Source: a virus
Lineage: Duplodnaviria; Heunggongvirae; Uroviricota; Caudoviricetes
DNA length: 64,000 bases
Reading direction: 5' to 3' (one strand)
IMG/VR virus record: IMGVR_UViG_3300036715_001196
Span: 1 to 64,000 of that record
The notes under the pieces were generated by a model, which saw only the letters and a list, made by a program, of their open reading frames with translations, ran no database searches and was not told the DNA's origin. Below, one piece after another: positions 57,122-64,000 of the stretch. Numbering within the stretch: position 1 is the stretch's first letter; each line of letters opens with the position of its first letter. A program made the translations under genes and the position numbers.

Positions 57122-57353
57122 TGTTCTTAAATACCCAATTAGTGTGCCTCCAACTATGGAAGAATTAGAAGCACTACCTGCTGATTTATTAATTAATTGG
57201 ATGCTAGCAGTAAATTTCGATGCTGACATGATTCGACTTAACAGTTCTGAACTTACTAATGCGGAATGGGCCTTTAGTGTTTACAATGGTGACCACGAGA
57301 GTGAAGACCTTATCATATTGGGACAAATGATAAAAGAATATGAGCCTATTTGA
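57108..57353 (+). CDS. SLFD-family small protein, copy 6
   Basis: MNLFDVLKYPISVPPTMEELEALP...GQMIKEYEPI. Confidence 0.55.
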   Translation: MNLFDVLKYPISVPPTMEELEALPADLLINWMLAVNFDADMIRLNSSELTNAEWAFSVYNGDHESEDLIILGQMIKEYEPI

Positions 57354-57597
57354 TGTTATTAAGTACCCAATAAGCGATATACCTACAGTAGAAGAATTAG
57401 AAGCCTTACCTAAAGATATATGGGATAAATGGATTGATGAATCATCGTGGGGAGGACCAGATTATAAAAACGGTAGATTAAAAATATTACTATGGTTTAA
57501 ACTTGTCGCATCAATTGTAGATCATAACATACCAGAATTGCAACAAGATGTGAGGTTATTAAGAAAGATAATAAAGGATTACAATGAGCCTATTTGA
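57340..57597 (+). CDS. SLFD-family small protein, copy 7
   Basis: MSLFDVIKYPISDIPTVEELEALP...LRKIIKDYNEPI. Confidence 0.55.
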   Translation: MSLFDVIKYPISDIPTVEELEALPKDIWDKWIDESSWGGPDYKNGRLKILLWFKLVASIVDHNIPELQQDVRLLRKIIKDYNEPI

Positions 57598-57848
57598 TGT
57601 GATTAGATATCCGATTAGTGACAGACCTACAGCAGAGGAGCTCGGGTCTCTACCGCACAACTTATTTGAGGAATGGCGAAATAAATCATTTTGGGGTTTA
57701 AAGTCCGGTCGCTTAAACAACACAACAACACAACAAGCATTGGTCAGTGGTACACAACTGCTGAACTAAACACCTGTATCCAGAACACCACATTAGCATT
57801 GATGTAAAACTACTAAGGCAACTGATTAAAGAATACCAACAGATATAG
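57584..57848 (+). pseudogene. SLFD-family copy 8, frameshifted
   Basis: N-terminal MSLFDVIRYPISDRPTAEELGSLP intact. The family C-terminus (…IDVKLLRQLIKEYQQI) reappears in a different frame at about 57790-57848. Confidence 0.5.
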
Positions 57849-57913
57849 ACAACGTGTATTAAGTATAGTATAATTAAGGCTTGTAATTAAAATTATTTTA
57901 AACATATAAACAT

Positions 57914-58162
57914 ATGAGTATATTTGATGTAATTAAGTATCCAATAAGTATTCCTCCGAAGCGTGAAGAACTCGAAGCACTCCCTGTTGATTTATTAGTA
58001 GAATGGATGTCAGCTGCTGGTTTCGCCGATCCCGACTATAGTGACCCTTCTTTATTAATATCTAGAGCATTAGCATATTATAACTGTTGGGTTAATTCAA
58101 AAAATACTATTCCTATAAATGGACCTATGTTATTAAGAAAAATGATACGAGACCTACCATGA
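57914..58162 (+). CDS. SLFD-family small protein, copy 9
   Basis: MSIFDVIKYPISIPPKREELEALP...LLRKMIRDLP. Confidence 0.55.
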   Translation: MSIFDVIKYPISIPPKREELEALPVDLLVEWMSAAGFADPDYSDPSLLISRALAYYNCWVNSKNTIPINGPMLLRKMIRDLP

Positions 58163-58383
58163 GTATCTTTGATGTAATTAAGTATCCAATAAGTGAACCA
58201 CCTACTAAGGAAGAGCTAGAAGCATTACCCGATGATTTATACAACTACTGGTGTGTGCGCGAATTCGGGTATTCCTATAGCAGAAATACTATCCATCGTT
58301 ATCTTTCTGGCTATAATCCTTCGAATGTTATTATGATAAAACAGTTAAGACAAATGATTGAGGATTACGATGAGCCTATTTGA
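58159..58383 (+). CDS. SLFD-family small protein, copy 10
   Basis: MSIFDVIKYPISEPPTKEELEALP...LRQMIEDYDEPI. Confidence 0.55.
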   Translation: MSIFDVIKYPISEPPTKEELEALPDDLYNYWCVREFGYSYSRNTIHRYLSGYNPSNVIMIKQLRQMIEDYDEPI

Positions 58384-58612
58384 TGTTATTAGGTATCCAA
58401 TTAGTGATCTTCCTACAATAAGTGAATTAGCTGCACTCCCTGAAGAAGTTTATAATATGCTACGCAAACACGATAATTATGTAAGTGTATTAAGTACATC
58501 AAGTACATCAAGTATCAAATATTTTCTTACTACACAATATGCTAGTAAACATATGCCTATCCACCAACTTAATACTCTAACAACCCTAAGAGAAGTTATA
58601 TACAATCTATAA
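58370..58612 (+). CDS. SLFD-family small protein, copy 11 (divergent C-term)
   Basis: MSLFDVIRYPISDLPTISELAALP... Confidence 0.5.
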   Translation: MSLFDVIRYPISDLPTISELAALPEEVYNMLRKHDNYVSVLSTSSTSSIKYFLTTQYASKHMPIHQLNTLTTLREVIYNL

Positions 58613-58699
58613 ATCATACCTCTTTTACTCTACACCCCCCATCAGATATTCGAACATATTATCGTACAAATAACTGCAATAGGTGTACGATAAGAAATG

Positions 58700-59040
58700 C
58701 AAAAAGAACTAAGACTTACCAAAAATACCAAAAATACACATAGAAGAATTCAAATTTAGAATATGAGAATGAGTACGAAATAAAAAAGATTATGAATATG
58801 TAATATAGAAATAGTAGTATAAAGTATAAGAAATATAAAAAGAAGAAGATAGAAACAAAGAGATTATGAATTGCTTTGTAGACTTAATAAACAAAGAGAT
58901 TATGAAGAATGAACTACGAGTGGAATATATAGTAGTATATAGTAGTATATAGAGTAGTATAGCATAATAAGAGAATATTCATAGAGAGTGTAGAAGAATA
59001 TAGATTTGTAAATTTTTGTGTACGTAGTGAAAATGAATGA
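58700..59040. other. non-coding purine-rich, cytosine-depleted tract with AGTAGTATATAG-type short repeats
   Basis: From about 58790 to 59040 the plus strand is almost entirely A/G/T (a handful of C in about 250 nt). No ORF. Multiple stops in all frames. Confidence 0.7.
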
Positions 59041-59160
59041 AGATGGATCCATCTCTCGAACGAATGGTCAAGGCCAAAAAAAGATCCCACCCTAGGTCCT
59101 AGAGCCAATTTTCCCACCTAGATTTCTAGACCAGATTTGGATTCTAAAATTGGAATCCTG

Positions 59161-59215
59161 TGTGCGTCTTTGGGTGCAGGTGCGCGAGCGCGCGTGCGTG
59201 TGCGTGCGTGCCCAC
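59161..59215. repeat. GC-rich alternating purine-pyrimidine (Z-DNA-prone) island
   Basis: GCGCGCGTGCGTGTGCGTGCGTGC: 24 nt of perfect RY alternation (59188-59211) inside a local GC spike in AT-rich DNA. Confidence 0.7.
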
Positions 59216-59227
59216 AGAAGACCACAG

Positions 59228-60290
59228 TAGAGAATCGATTGAAAAAATCACAGCAGAGAATCAATGAGAAAAGACCAAGACTTCCTATCGAAAAGACCTT
59301 GAGAAGACATTGAGTGCATTTTAGGGTCTTCAAACGCAATTCTCGATGTTCTACACCAATGCGATCGCCCACAGCAGCGAGATTTTCACAGTAGAGAATC
59401 AATGATCGAACTTCAATCTTGAAAATCCACAGTAGAGAATCAATGATTCGAAGATTTTCACAGTAGAGAATCAATGAGAAGACAATTACTGAGCACCTGT
59501 GATTCAATTTGATTCGATGTGATTCGATGTGATTCGACTGCGAATTGCATTTAAACGCCACTGCACGCCACTGTACCTAAGTAAATGAAATTCTAAGCAG
59601 CTTAGGCCTTAATAGAACATTACACTAAACAATACTCTATGTGCAATACCATGTGAAATTCTTGAAAATCCACAGTAGAGAACCAATGATTCTAAGATTT
59701 TCACAGTAGAGAACCAATGATTCTAAGATTTTCACAGTAGAGAACCAATGATTCTAAGATTTTCACAGTAGAGAATCAATGATTCGAAGATTTCCGCAGT
59801 AGAGAACCAATGATTGAAGCTCATTCTTGAAAATCCACAGTGTGCATTTCGATGATTCTTGAAAATCCACAGTGTACATTTCGATGATCGAAGCTCATTC
59901 TTGAAAATCCACAGTGTGCATTTCGATGATTCTTGAAAATCCACAGTAGAGAACCAATGATCGAAGCTCATTCTTGAAAATCCACAGTGTGCATTTCGAT
60001 GATTCTAAGATTTTCACAGTAGAGAATCAATGATTCTTGAAAATCCACAGTGTGCATTTCGATGATTCTTGAAAATCCACAGTGTACATTTCGATGATCG
60101 AAGCTCATTCTTGAAAATCCACAGTGTACATTTCGATGATTCTAAGATTTTCACAGTAGAGAATCAATGATTCTTGAAAATCCACAGTGTACATTTCGAT
60201 GATCGAAGCTCATTCTTGAAAATCCACAGTAGAGAATCAATGATTCTTGAAAATCCACAGTGTACATTTCGATGATCGAAACTCATTGTA
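59228..60290. repeat. modular iteron-like direct-repeat array (about 24 units of about 31 or 42 bp)
   Basis: Units built combinatorially: [CTTGAAAATCCACAG | CTAAGATTTTCACAG] + [TAGAGAA(C/T)CAATGAT | TGT(A/G)CATTTCGATGAT] + [T | CGAAGCTCATT]. The TGAAAATC and GATTTTCA half-sites are reverse complements. No unique spacers. Confidence 0.8.
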
Positions 60291-60427
60291 GGGTTTCATT
60301 ATTGAAATGTGTTGCTTTTATGTTAATGGGTTTCATTATTGAAATGTGTTGCTATTGTGTATAGCTATTATGTTAATGGTTTTCATTGTTGAAATGTGTT
60401 GCTATTGTGTATAGCTATTATGTTAAT
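60291..60427. repeat. about 50-bp direct repeat (2 full copies + 1 short copy)
   Basis: GG(G/T)TTTCATT(A/G)TTGAAATGTGTTGCTATTGTGTATAGCTATTATGTTAAT. Confidence 0.8.
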
Positions 60428-60476
60428 GGTTCTCGGAGTGCGAGGTTTCTATTAAGGTATCGAATTTAACTCTCGC

Positions 60477-60580
60477 GTGAGGTTAGAGCCTCGGTGGTTG
60501 ATTTGTCTACTGTGGTTTTTTACTGTGAGGTTAGAGCCTCGGTGGTTGATTTGTCTACTGTGGTTTTTTACTGTGAGGTG
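60477..60580. repeat. 48-bp direct repeat (2 copies + partial)
   Basis: GTGAGGTTAGAGCCTCGGTGGTTGATTTGTCTACTGTGGTTTTTTACT repeated twice, then GTGAGGTG. Confidence 0.85.
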
Positions 60581-60714
60581 CATTGATGCTCTGATACATT
60601 TGTTTTTGAGTACTTGGTGTAAAAGGATTCGGGTATTTGTTTGATCTTCACATAGTCATTGACAAAGAGTGGGATAACAGGTACACTGTAGGTAAGATAA
60701 CAAAGGAGTTTAAT

Positions 60715-61047
60715 ATGACAATTTCTCGTAAAGAATATGCAGAAGCGTTCAAAGCTGCTAAGAAGTATCTATCGTATGGTCAGCTGTATAATATCATTGA
60801 TTCTGATGATGCTAAAACAACATGTATCTGTTGGGCATTAGACGATAGTATTAGAGAGCATAATACTCCAAGGCATGTTGTTAGGGCAGCACAGGCACTT
60901 ATTAATGAACGCTTAGGTGGGCATCATAGTGTTTGTGACTACTTATCTTGTGGTCTAGGTATTTCACATACATCACTAACACTTAAAGCAGTACAAACAT
61001 TTCGACATGAATGGCTTGATCAGCTCATTAGTGAATTCTCGAAATGA
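60715..61047 (+). CDS. family D protein (variable body, conserved C-term TFRHEWLDQLISEFSK), module copy 1
   Basis: ATG after AAAGGAGTTTAAT. TTGACA-N17-TACACT upstream. Stop overlaps the next start (ATGA). Confidence 0.5.
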   Translation: MTISRKEYAEAFKAAKKYLSYGQLYNIIDSDDAKTTCICWALDDSIREHNTPRHVVRAAQALINERLGGHHSVCDYLSCGLGISHTSLTLKAVQTFRHEWLDQLISEFSK

Positions 61048-61424
61048 TTCTCCCTAATGGTCTGCGTAATCGAGAACACATTATTAGACTACTCGATCAT
61101 GCTAAAGCAAACCCCGAAGCTTGGTCAGCGATACGTAATGAACCCCCGACTATGTTGTTTAGTAGATTGCGGAGTGGGATCGGAATAACATTATCTCAAC
61201 TAATAAGCCGTATAGGTCAAGAATTGACAGGCATCAATGTAGTCCCAGATTGTATATTAGCACTTGTCTTATATGATTGTGCATATATGCTTGATTCACA
61301 TCCGGGTGAGCTTGAAATACTTGCTAAGTTCGGTAATGATGAAGCTTATTTGATGCTTAATGCATGTAGATTACTTCATGGTCTAGAACTTGCGTTTCAA
61401 TGTAGTGTTTCAGACAATGATTGA
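61044..61424 (+). CDS. divergent family A member 16, module copy 1
   Basis: MILPNGLRNREHIIRLLDHAKANPEAW parallels [21 protein letters not shown]-term [39 protein letters not shown]. Stop inside the next -35. Confidence 0.6.
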   Translation: MILPNGLRNREHIIRLLDHAKANPEAWSAIRNEPPTMLFSRLRSGIGITLSQLISRIGQELTGINVVPDCILALVLYDCAYMLDSHPGELEILAKFGNDEAYLMLNACRLLHGLELAFQCSVSDND

Positions 61425-61449
61425 CAAATGATTCCGTTTGTCATATAAT
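61421..61449 (+). promoter_or_regulatory. family-A-type promoter cassette upstream of a family D gene
   Basis: TTGACAAATGATTCCGTTTGTCATATAAT + ACTACACATTAAACAAACAGGAGTAGAAAATG. Confidence 0.65.
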
Positions 61450-61479
61450 TACTACACATTAAACAAACAGGAGTAGAAA

Positions 61480-61821
61480 ATGTCTTATACTAAACAAAAC
61501 CGCAAAACTATTCACTCACAGTTGGTTGCTGCAAAGAAACATTTGTGGACTGGTGTTGGTAAAAAGTATCTAACTGAATATATTTGTATAGCTGTAATTA
61601 AAGGGTTGGTCGCATCGCGTAGTGATCTGAACTGGAGCATAACTACGGATATGATTGAAAGTCGATTAAGAGAGCGCACCGGCAAATGTATTGATCTCAG
61701 AACTGTGAGGGACTGGCTCATTGAGTATGCTAAAATCCCAGTAGCTGACATAACAAATGAATCATTGCAAACATATCGACATGAATGGCTTGATCAGCTC
61801 ATTAGTGAATTCTCGGAATGA
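61480..61821 (+). CDS. family D protein, module copy 2
   Basis: MSYTKQNRKTIHSQLVAAKKHLW... ends LQTYRHEWLDQLISEFSE. Confidence 0.55.
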   Translation: MSYTKQNRKTIHSQLVAAKKHLWTGVGKKYLTEYICIAVIKGLVASRSDLNWSITTDMIESRLRERTGKCIDLRTVRDWLIEYAKIPVADITNESLQTYRHEWLDQLISEFSE

Positions 61822-61979
61822 TTCTCCCTAATGATTTGCGTAATGAACCCTCAACTATGTTGTTTAGTAGATTGTGGAGTGAGCTTGAAATACTTGCTAA
61901 GTTAGGTAATCTATATGCTTGCTTGTTATACAATGCATGTAAGGTAATTCACGGTATTCAACTAGAGTTTGACAAATGA
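61818..61979 (+). pseudogene. internally deleted remnant of a family-A gene (module copy 2)
   Basis: MILPNDLRNEPSTMLFSRLWSELEILAKLGNLYACLLYNACKVIHGIQLEFDK: N-terminus and C-terminus of copy 1 are fused, with two internal deletions. Stop lies inside the next -35. Confidence 0.55.
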
Positions 61980-61997
61980 TTCCATTTGTCATATAAT
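61969..61997 (+). promoter_or_regulatory. family-A-type promoter cassette
   Basis: TTGACAAATGATTCCATTTGTCATATAAT + ACTACACATTAAACAAACAGGAGTTGGTATG. Confidence 0.65.
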
Positions 61998-62026
61998 TAC
62001 TACACATTAAACAAACAGGAGTTGGT

Positions 62027-62368
62027 ATGTCTTATACTAAACAAAACCGCAAAACTATTCACTCACAGTTGGTTGCTGCAAAGAAACATTTGTGGGCTGG
62101 TGTTGGTAAAAGGTATCTAACTAGATATATTTGCGTGGCTGTAGTTGACGGGGTGCTTGCATCGCGTAGTGATCTGGACTGGAGCATGACTACGGGTATG
62201 ATTGAAAGTCGGTTAGGAAAGTGCATCGATGGACATATTAGTGCCAGAACTGTAAGAGGATGGCTCATTGAGTATGCTAAAATCCCAGTAGCTGACATAA
62301 CAGATGAATCATTGCAAACATTTCGACATGAATGGCTTGATGAATTGATTAAGGAGTTTTCAAAGTGA
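62027..62368 (+). CDS. family D protein, module copy 3
   Basis: Near-identical N-terminus to 61480. Ends LQTFRHEWLDELIKEFSK. Confidence 0.55.
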   Translation: MSYTKQNRKTIHSQLVAAKKHLWAGVGKRYLTRYICVAVVDGVLASRSDLDWSMTTGMIESRLGKCIDGHISARTVRGWLIEYAKIPVADITDESLQTFRHEWLDELIKEFSK

Positions 62369-62778
62369 CTATAGTAGTACCTAAATATGTTTGCAACCGT
62401 GAACATATCTTAAGGCTCATTGAGCATTCTCGCAAGAACCCATTGTTGTGGAAACAGCTATCAGACGAGCGCAGTCATACTCACTTCTTTGATGCTAGAG
62501 ATAAAACTATTCTTAGATACGAAGATCAACTATCTTGGGATGGAAAAATTCTACTAGACATAAGCAATATTATTACAACTAATGCATATACTGTTTTGGA
62601 TTGTATAGTATGCTTATTTGCATATGATGATTGTGCATATATGCTTGATTCACATCCGGGTGAGCTTGAAATACTTGCTAAGTTTGATAATCCATATGCT
62701 TGCTTGTTATACAATGCATGTAGAATACTTCATGGTCTAGAACCTATGTTTCAATGTAGTGTTTCAGACAATGATTGA
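62365..62778 (+). CDS. divergent family A member 17, module copy 3
   Basis: C-term [55 protein letters not shown]. Confidence 0.6.
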   Translation: MTIVVPKYVCNREHILRLIEHSRKNPLLWKQLSDERSHTHFFDARDKTILRYEDQLSWDGKILLDISNIITTNAYTVLDCIVCLFAYDDCAYMLDSHPGELEILAKFDNPYACLLYNACRILHGLEPMFQCSVSDND

Positions 62779-62803
62779 CATGTGATTCCATTTGTCGTAT
62801 AAT
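62775..62803 (+). promoter_or_regulatory. family-A-type promoter cassette variant
   Basis: TTGACATGTGATTCCATTTGTCGTATAAT + ACTACATACACAAACAAAACAGGAGTTGGATATG. Confidence 0.6.
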
Positions 62804-62829
62804 TACTACATACACAAACAAAACAGGAG

Positions 62830-63252
62830 TTGGATATGAGTACTTCCTCAACAATCGGTTACGCAGATAAGAGTGGTAATATCTTTTCAATACGCTGTAA
62901 CTGGGGTGGAAATATCTATGAAGCTAGTAAGTTGCTTAATACTCACTACACCCAACGTGATAAGGTCGTACAATTAGTTTCATTGGGTAACTTATGTGTA
63001 CTCAAAGCTCGTATAGAGGCGTACAACCCTACAAAGCATAGCTATACTACACCCGAGCAAGGGGTTTGCGTGTTCTATGGGCGTGATAGAGGTGAACCAT
63101 GCCATGAAACAAATATGCATCGTAATGTTGAAACTTTTCTTGAAGACTCCCCAGATGATACATACACGTTCTTATTCGATAGCGGGCACTGGTATGTATC
63201 AGACGGTGGTGCTTTTGTATTGTTGGCTGAATTACTTTTAACATACAACTAA
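62830..63252 (+). CDS. hypothetical protein
   Basis: 140-aa ORF driven by the cassette promoter. Confidence 0.45.
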   Translation: MDMSTSSTIGYADKSGNIFSIRCNWGGNIYEASKLLNTHYTQRDKVVQLVSLGNLCVLKARIEAYNPTKHSYTTPEQGVCVFYGRDRGEPCHETNMHRNVETFLEDSPDDTYTFLFDSGHWYVSDGGAFVLLAELLLTYN

Positions 63253-63253
63253 T

Positions 63254-63652
63254 ATGGATAAGATCAAAGACATTGCGAAAGCTACTCGCATTTGGGCTGA
63301 AGACTATGCTCATACACATAATATGGCAGCAGACTTATGCGGTATGTGTGCTATAGCCTCGGCAGAACTCTTTACTAATTTGATTTTTGCAGGATTTAAG
63401 CCCGAGATAAGAATTTCAAACAGTTTTAGTGGCAATCATGTTTACTGTGTGGTAGATGATCATGTTGTTGATGTTACTGCAACACAATTTCATCCTTTTG
63501 AAGAAGAAACAGTTGTTATACTTCATGAGTGTGAAGCTGCTGCATATAATTTCTATGTTGATGATATTCACTATATTGAAAGTATAAAGGCACTCGTTAA
63601 ATATCAAAAGAAGTATGATTGGCCGAAGAAACAACGGGTATCTATTGCTTGA
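63254..63652 (+). CDS. hypothetical protein
   Basis: 132-aa ORF, 1 nt after the upstream stop. Confidence 0.45.
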   Translation: MDKIKDIAKATRIWAEDYAHTHNMAADLCGMCAIASAELFTNLIFAGFKPEIRISNSFSGNHVYCVVDDHVVDVTATQFHPFEEETVVILHECEAAAYNFYVDDIHYIESIKALVKYQKKYDWPKKQRVSIA

Positions 63653-63677
63653 CAAATGATCCCATCTGTCATATAAT
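63649..63677 (+). promoter_or_regulatory. family-A cassette promoter
   Basis: TTGACAAATGATCCCATCTGTCATATAAT + ACTACACATTAAACAAACAGGGGTACAAAATG. Confidence 0.65.
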
Positions 63678-63707
63678 TACTACACATTAAACAAACAGGG
63701 GTACAAA

Positions 63708-64000
63708 ATGTCTAATGCATGGGATCACTTACCAAATGCGAAACACATTGATGCAATACTTGCATCAGTTAAAGCACACCCAAAAGAATGGGGTGCGGCG
63801 CGGGCTGCGGCGCGGATTGCGGTAAGTGATGCGGCATGGGGTGCAGCATGGGGTGCAGCACGAGGTGCAGCATGGGGTGCAGCACGGGGTGCATCGTGGG
63901 ATGCGGCAAGGGGTGCGGAATGGGATGCGGCAAGTAGTGCGGCATATTATACAGCAAAGGGCGCAGCGGGGGATGCAATCGTCGCCCTTATTGTATATGA
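63708..64000 (+). CDS. HEAT-like repeat protein, family A member 18 (3' end beyond the window)
   Basis: [28 protein letters not shown] followed by AARAAA/AAWGAA repeats. Truncated by the window edge. Confidence 0.7.
   Translation, partial: MSNAWDHLPNAKHIDAILASVKAHPKEWGAARAAARIAVSDAAWGAAWGAARGAAWGAARGASWDAARGAEWDAASSAAYYTAKGAAGDAIVALIVY

Noticed and set aside
59118-59561. 147-aa minus-strand ORF (also 59732-59971 minus).
   Set aside because: It lies wholly inside the GC-island and iteron repeat block, has low-complexity translation and no RBS.
59228-60290. Possible CRISPR array.
   Set aside because: Repeats are contiguous modular units with no unique spacers. No cas genes or leader were found. 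Interpreted as iterons instead.

Overview
AT-rich, densely packed, almost entirely plus-strand coding DNA that reads like the accessory or early region of a large virulent (jumbo-like) bacteriophage of a Gram-negative host. Most genes sit behind textbook sigma70-type promoters (TTGACA-N17-TATAAT) and AGGAG-type ribosome-binding sites, and several are followed by clean rho-independent terminators.

Recognisable genes:
- PPP-family Ser/Thr phosphatase
- RlmN/Cfr-like radical SAM methyltransferase
- SPFH/band-7 protein and a PspA/IM30-like protein
- macro-domain protein
- two AAA+ ATPases
- MoxR-like ATPase with a separate metallopeptidase-VWA partner
- APS kinase
- SmpB
- HNH endonuclease
- S11 D-Ala-D-Ala carboxypeptidase and a SleB-like hydrolase
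- DUF1289 Fe-S protein, WGR-domain protein and a TraR/DksA-type zinc finger
- two intact copies and one decayed copy of a large endonuclease-like protein with KYG repeats

One 88-nt tRNA (anticodon CAU, long extra arm) lies behind its own consensus promoter.

The most unusual content is a set of expanded, hypervariable multigene families:
1. About 18 paralogs of a HEAT-like protein family A. N- and C-termini are conserved. The core is a variable-length GC-rich 18-nt (hexapeptide AAWDAA/AARDAA) tandem-repeat region. Nearly every copy sits behind a conserved promoter/5'UTR cassette whose -35 hexamer overlaps the stop codon of the upstream paralog.
2. Twelve paralogs of an ~80-aa MSLFDV...KDYNEPI protein: one isolated copy (36732..36971) plus a translationally coupled tandem array of eleven (55561..58612). 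Each array junction (ATGAGCCTATTTGA) encodes both the C-terminus of one gene and the N-terminus of the next.
3. A six-gene tandem array of ~80-aa FETEEDxxFFVLKWS proteins.
4. A triplicated two-gene module (family D plus divergent family A) whose middle copy is decayed.
5. Smaller paralog sets: a trio of tiny membrane proteins, an LKLRYG family and a basic FRxAV...AATxYN family.

A ~2-kb non-coding block (58.6-60.7 kb) contains:
- a C-depleted purine-rich stretch
- a 24-nt perfect alternating purine-pyrimidine (Z-DNA-prone) GC island
- about 24 modular iteron-like ~31/42-bp repeats
- 50-bp and 48-bp direct repeats

This block is a candidate origin, packaging or partition locus.

All functional calls come from motif recognition by eye. 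No database search was possible.
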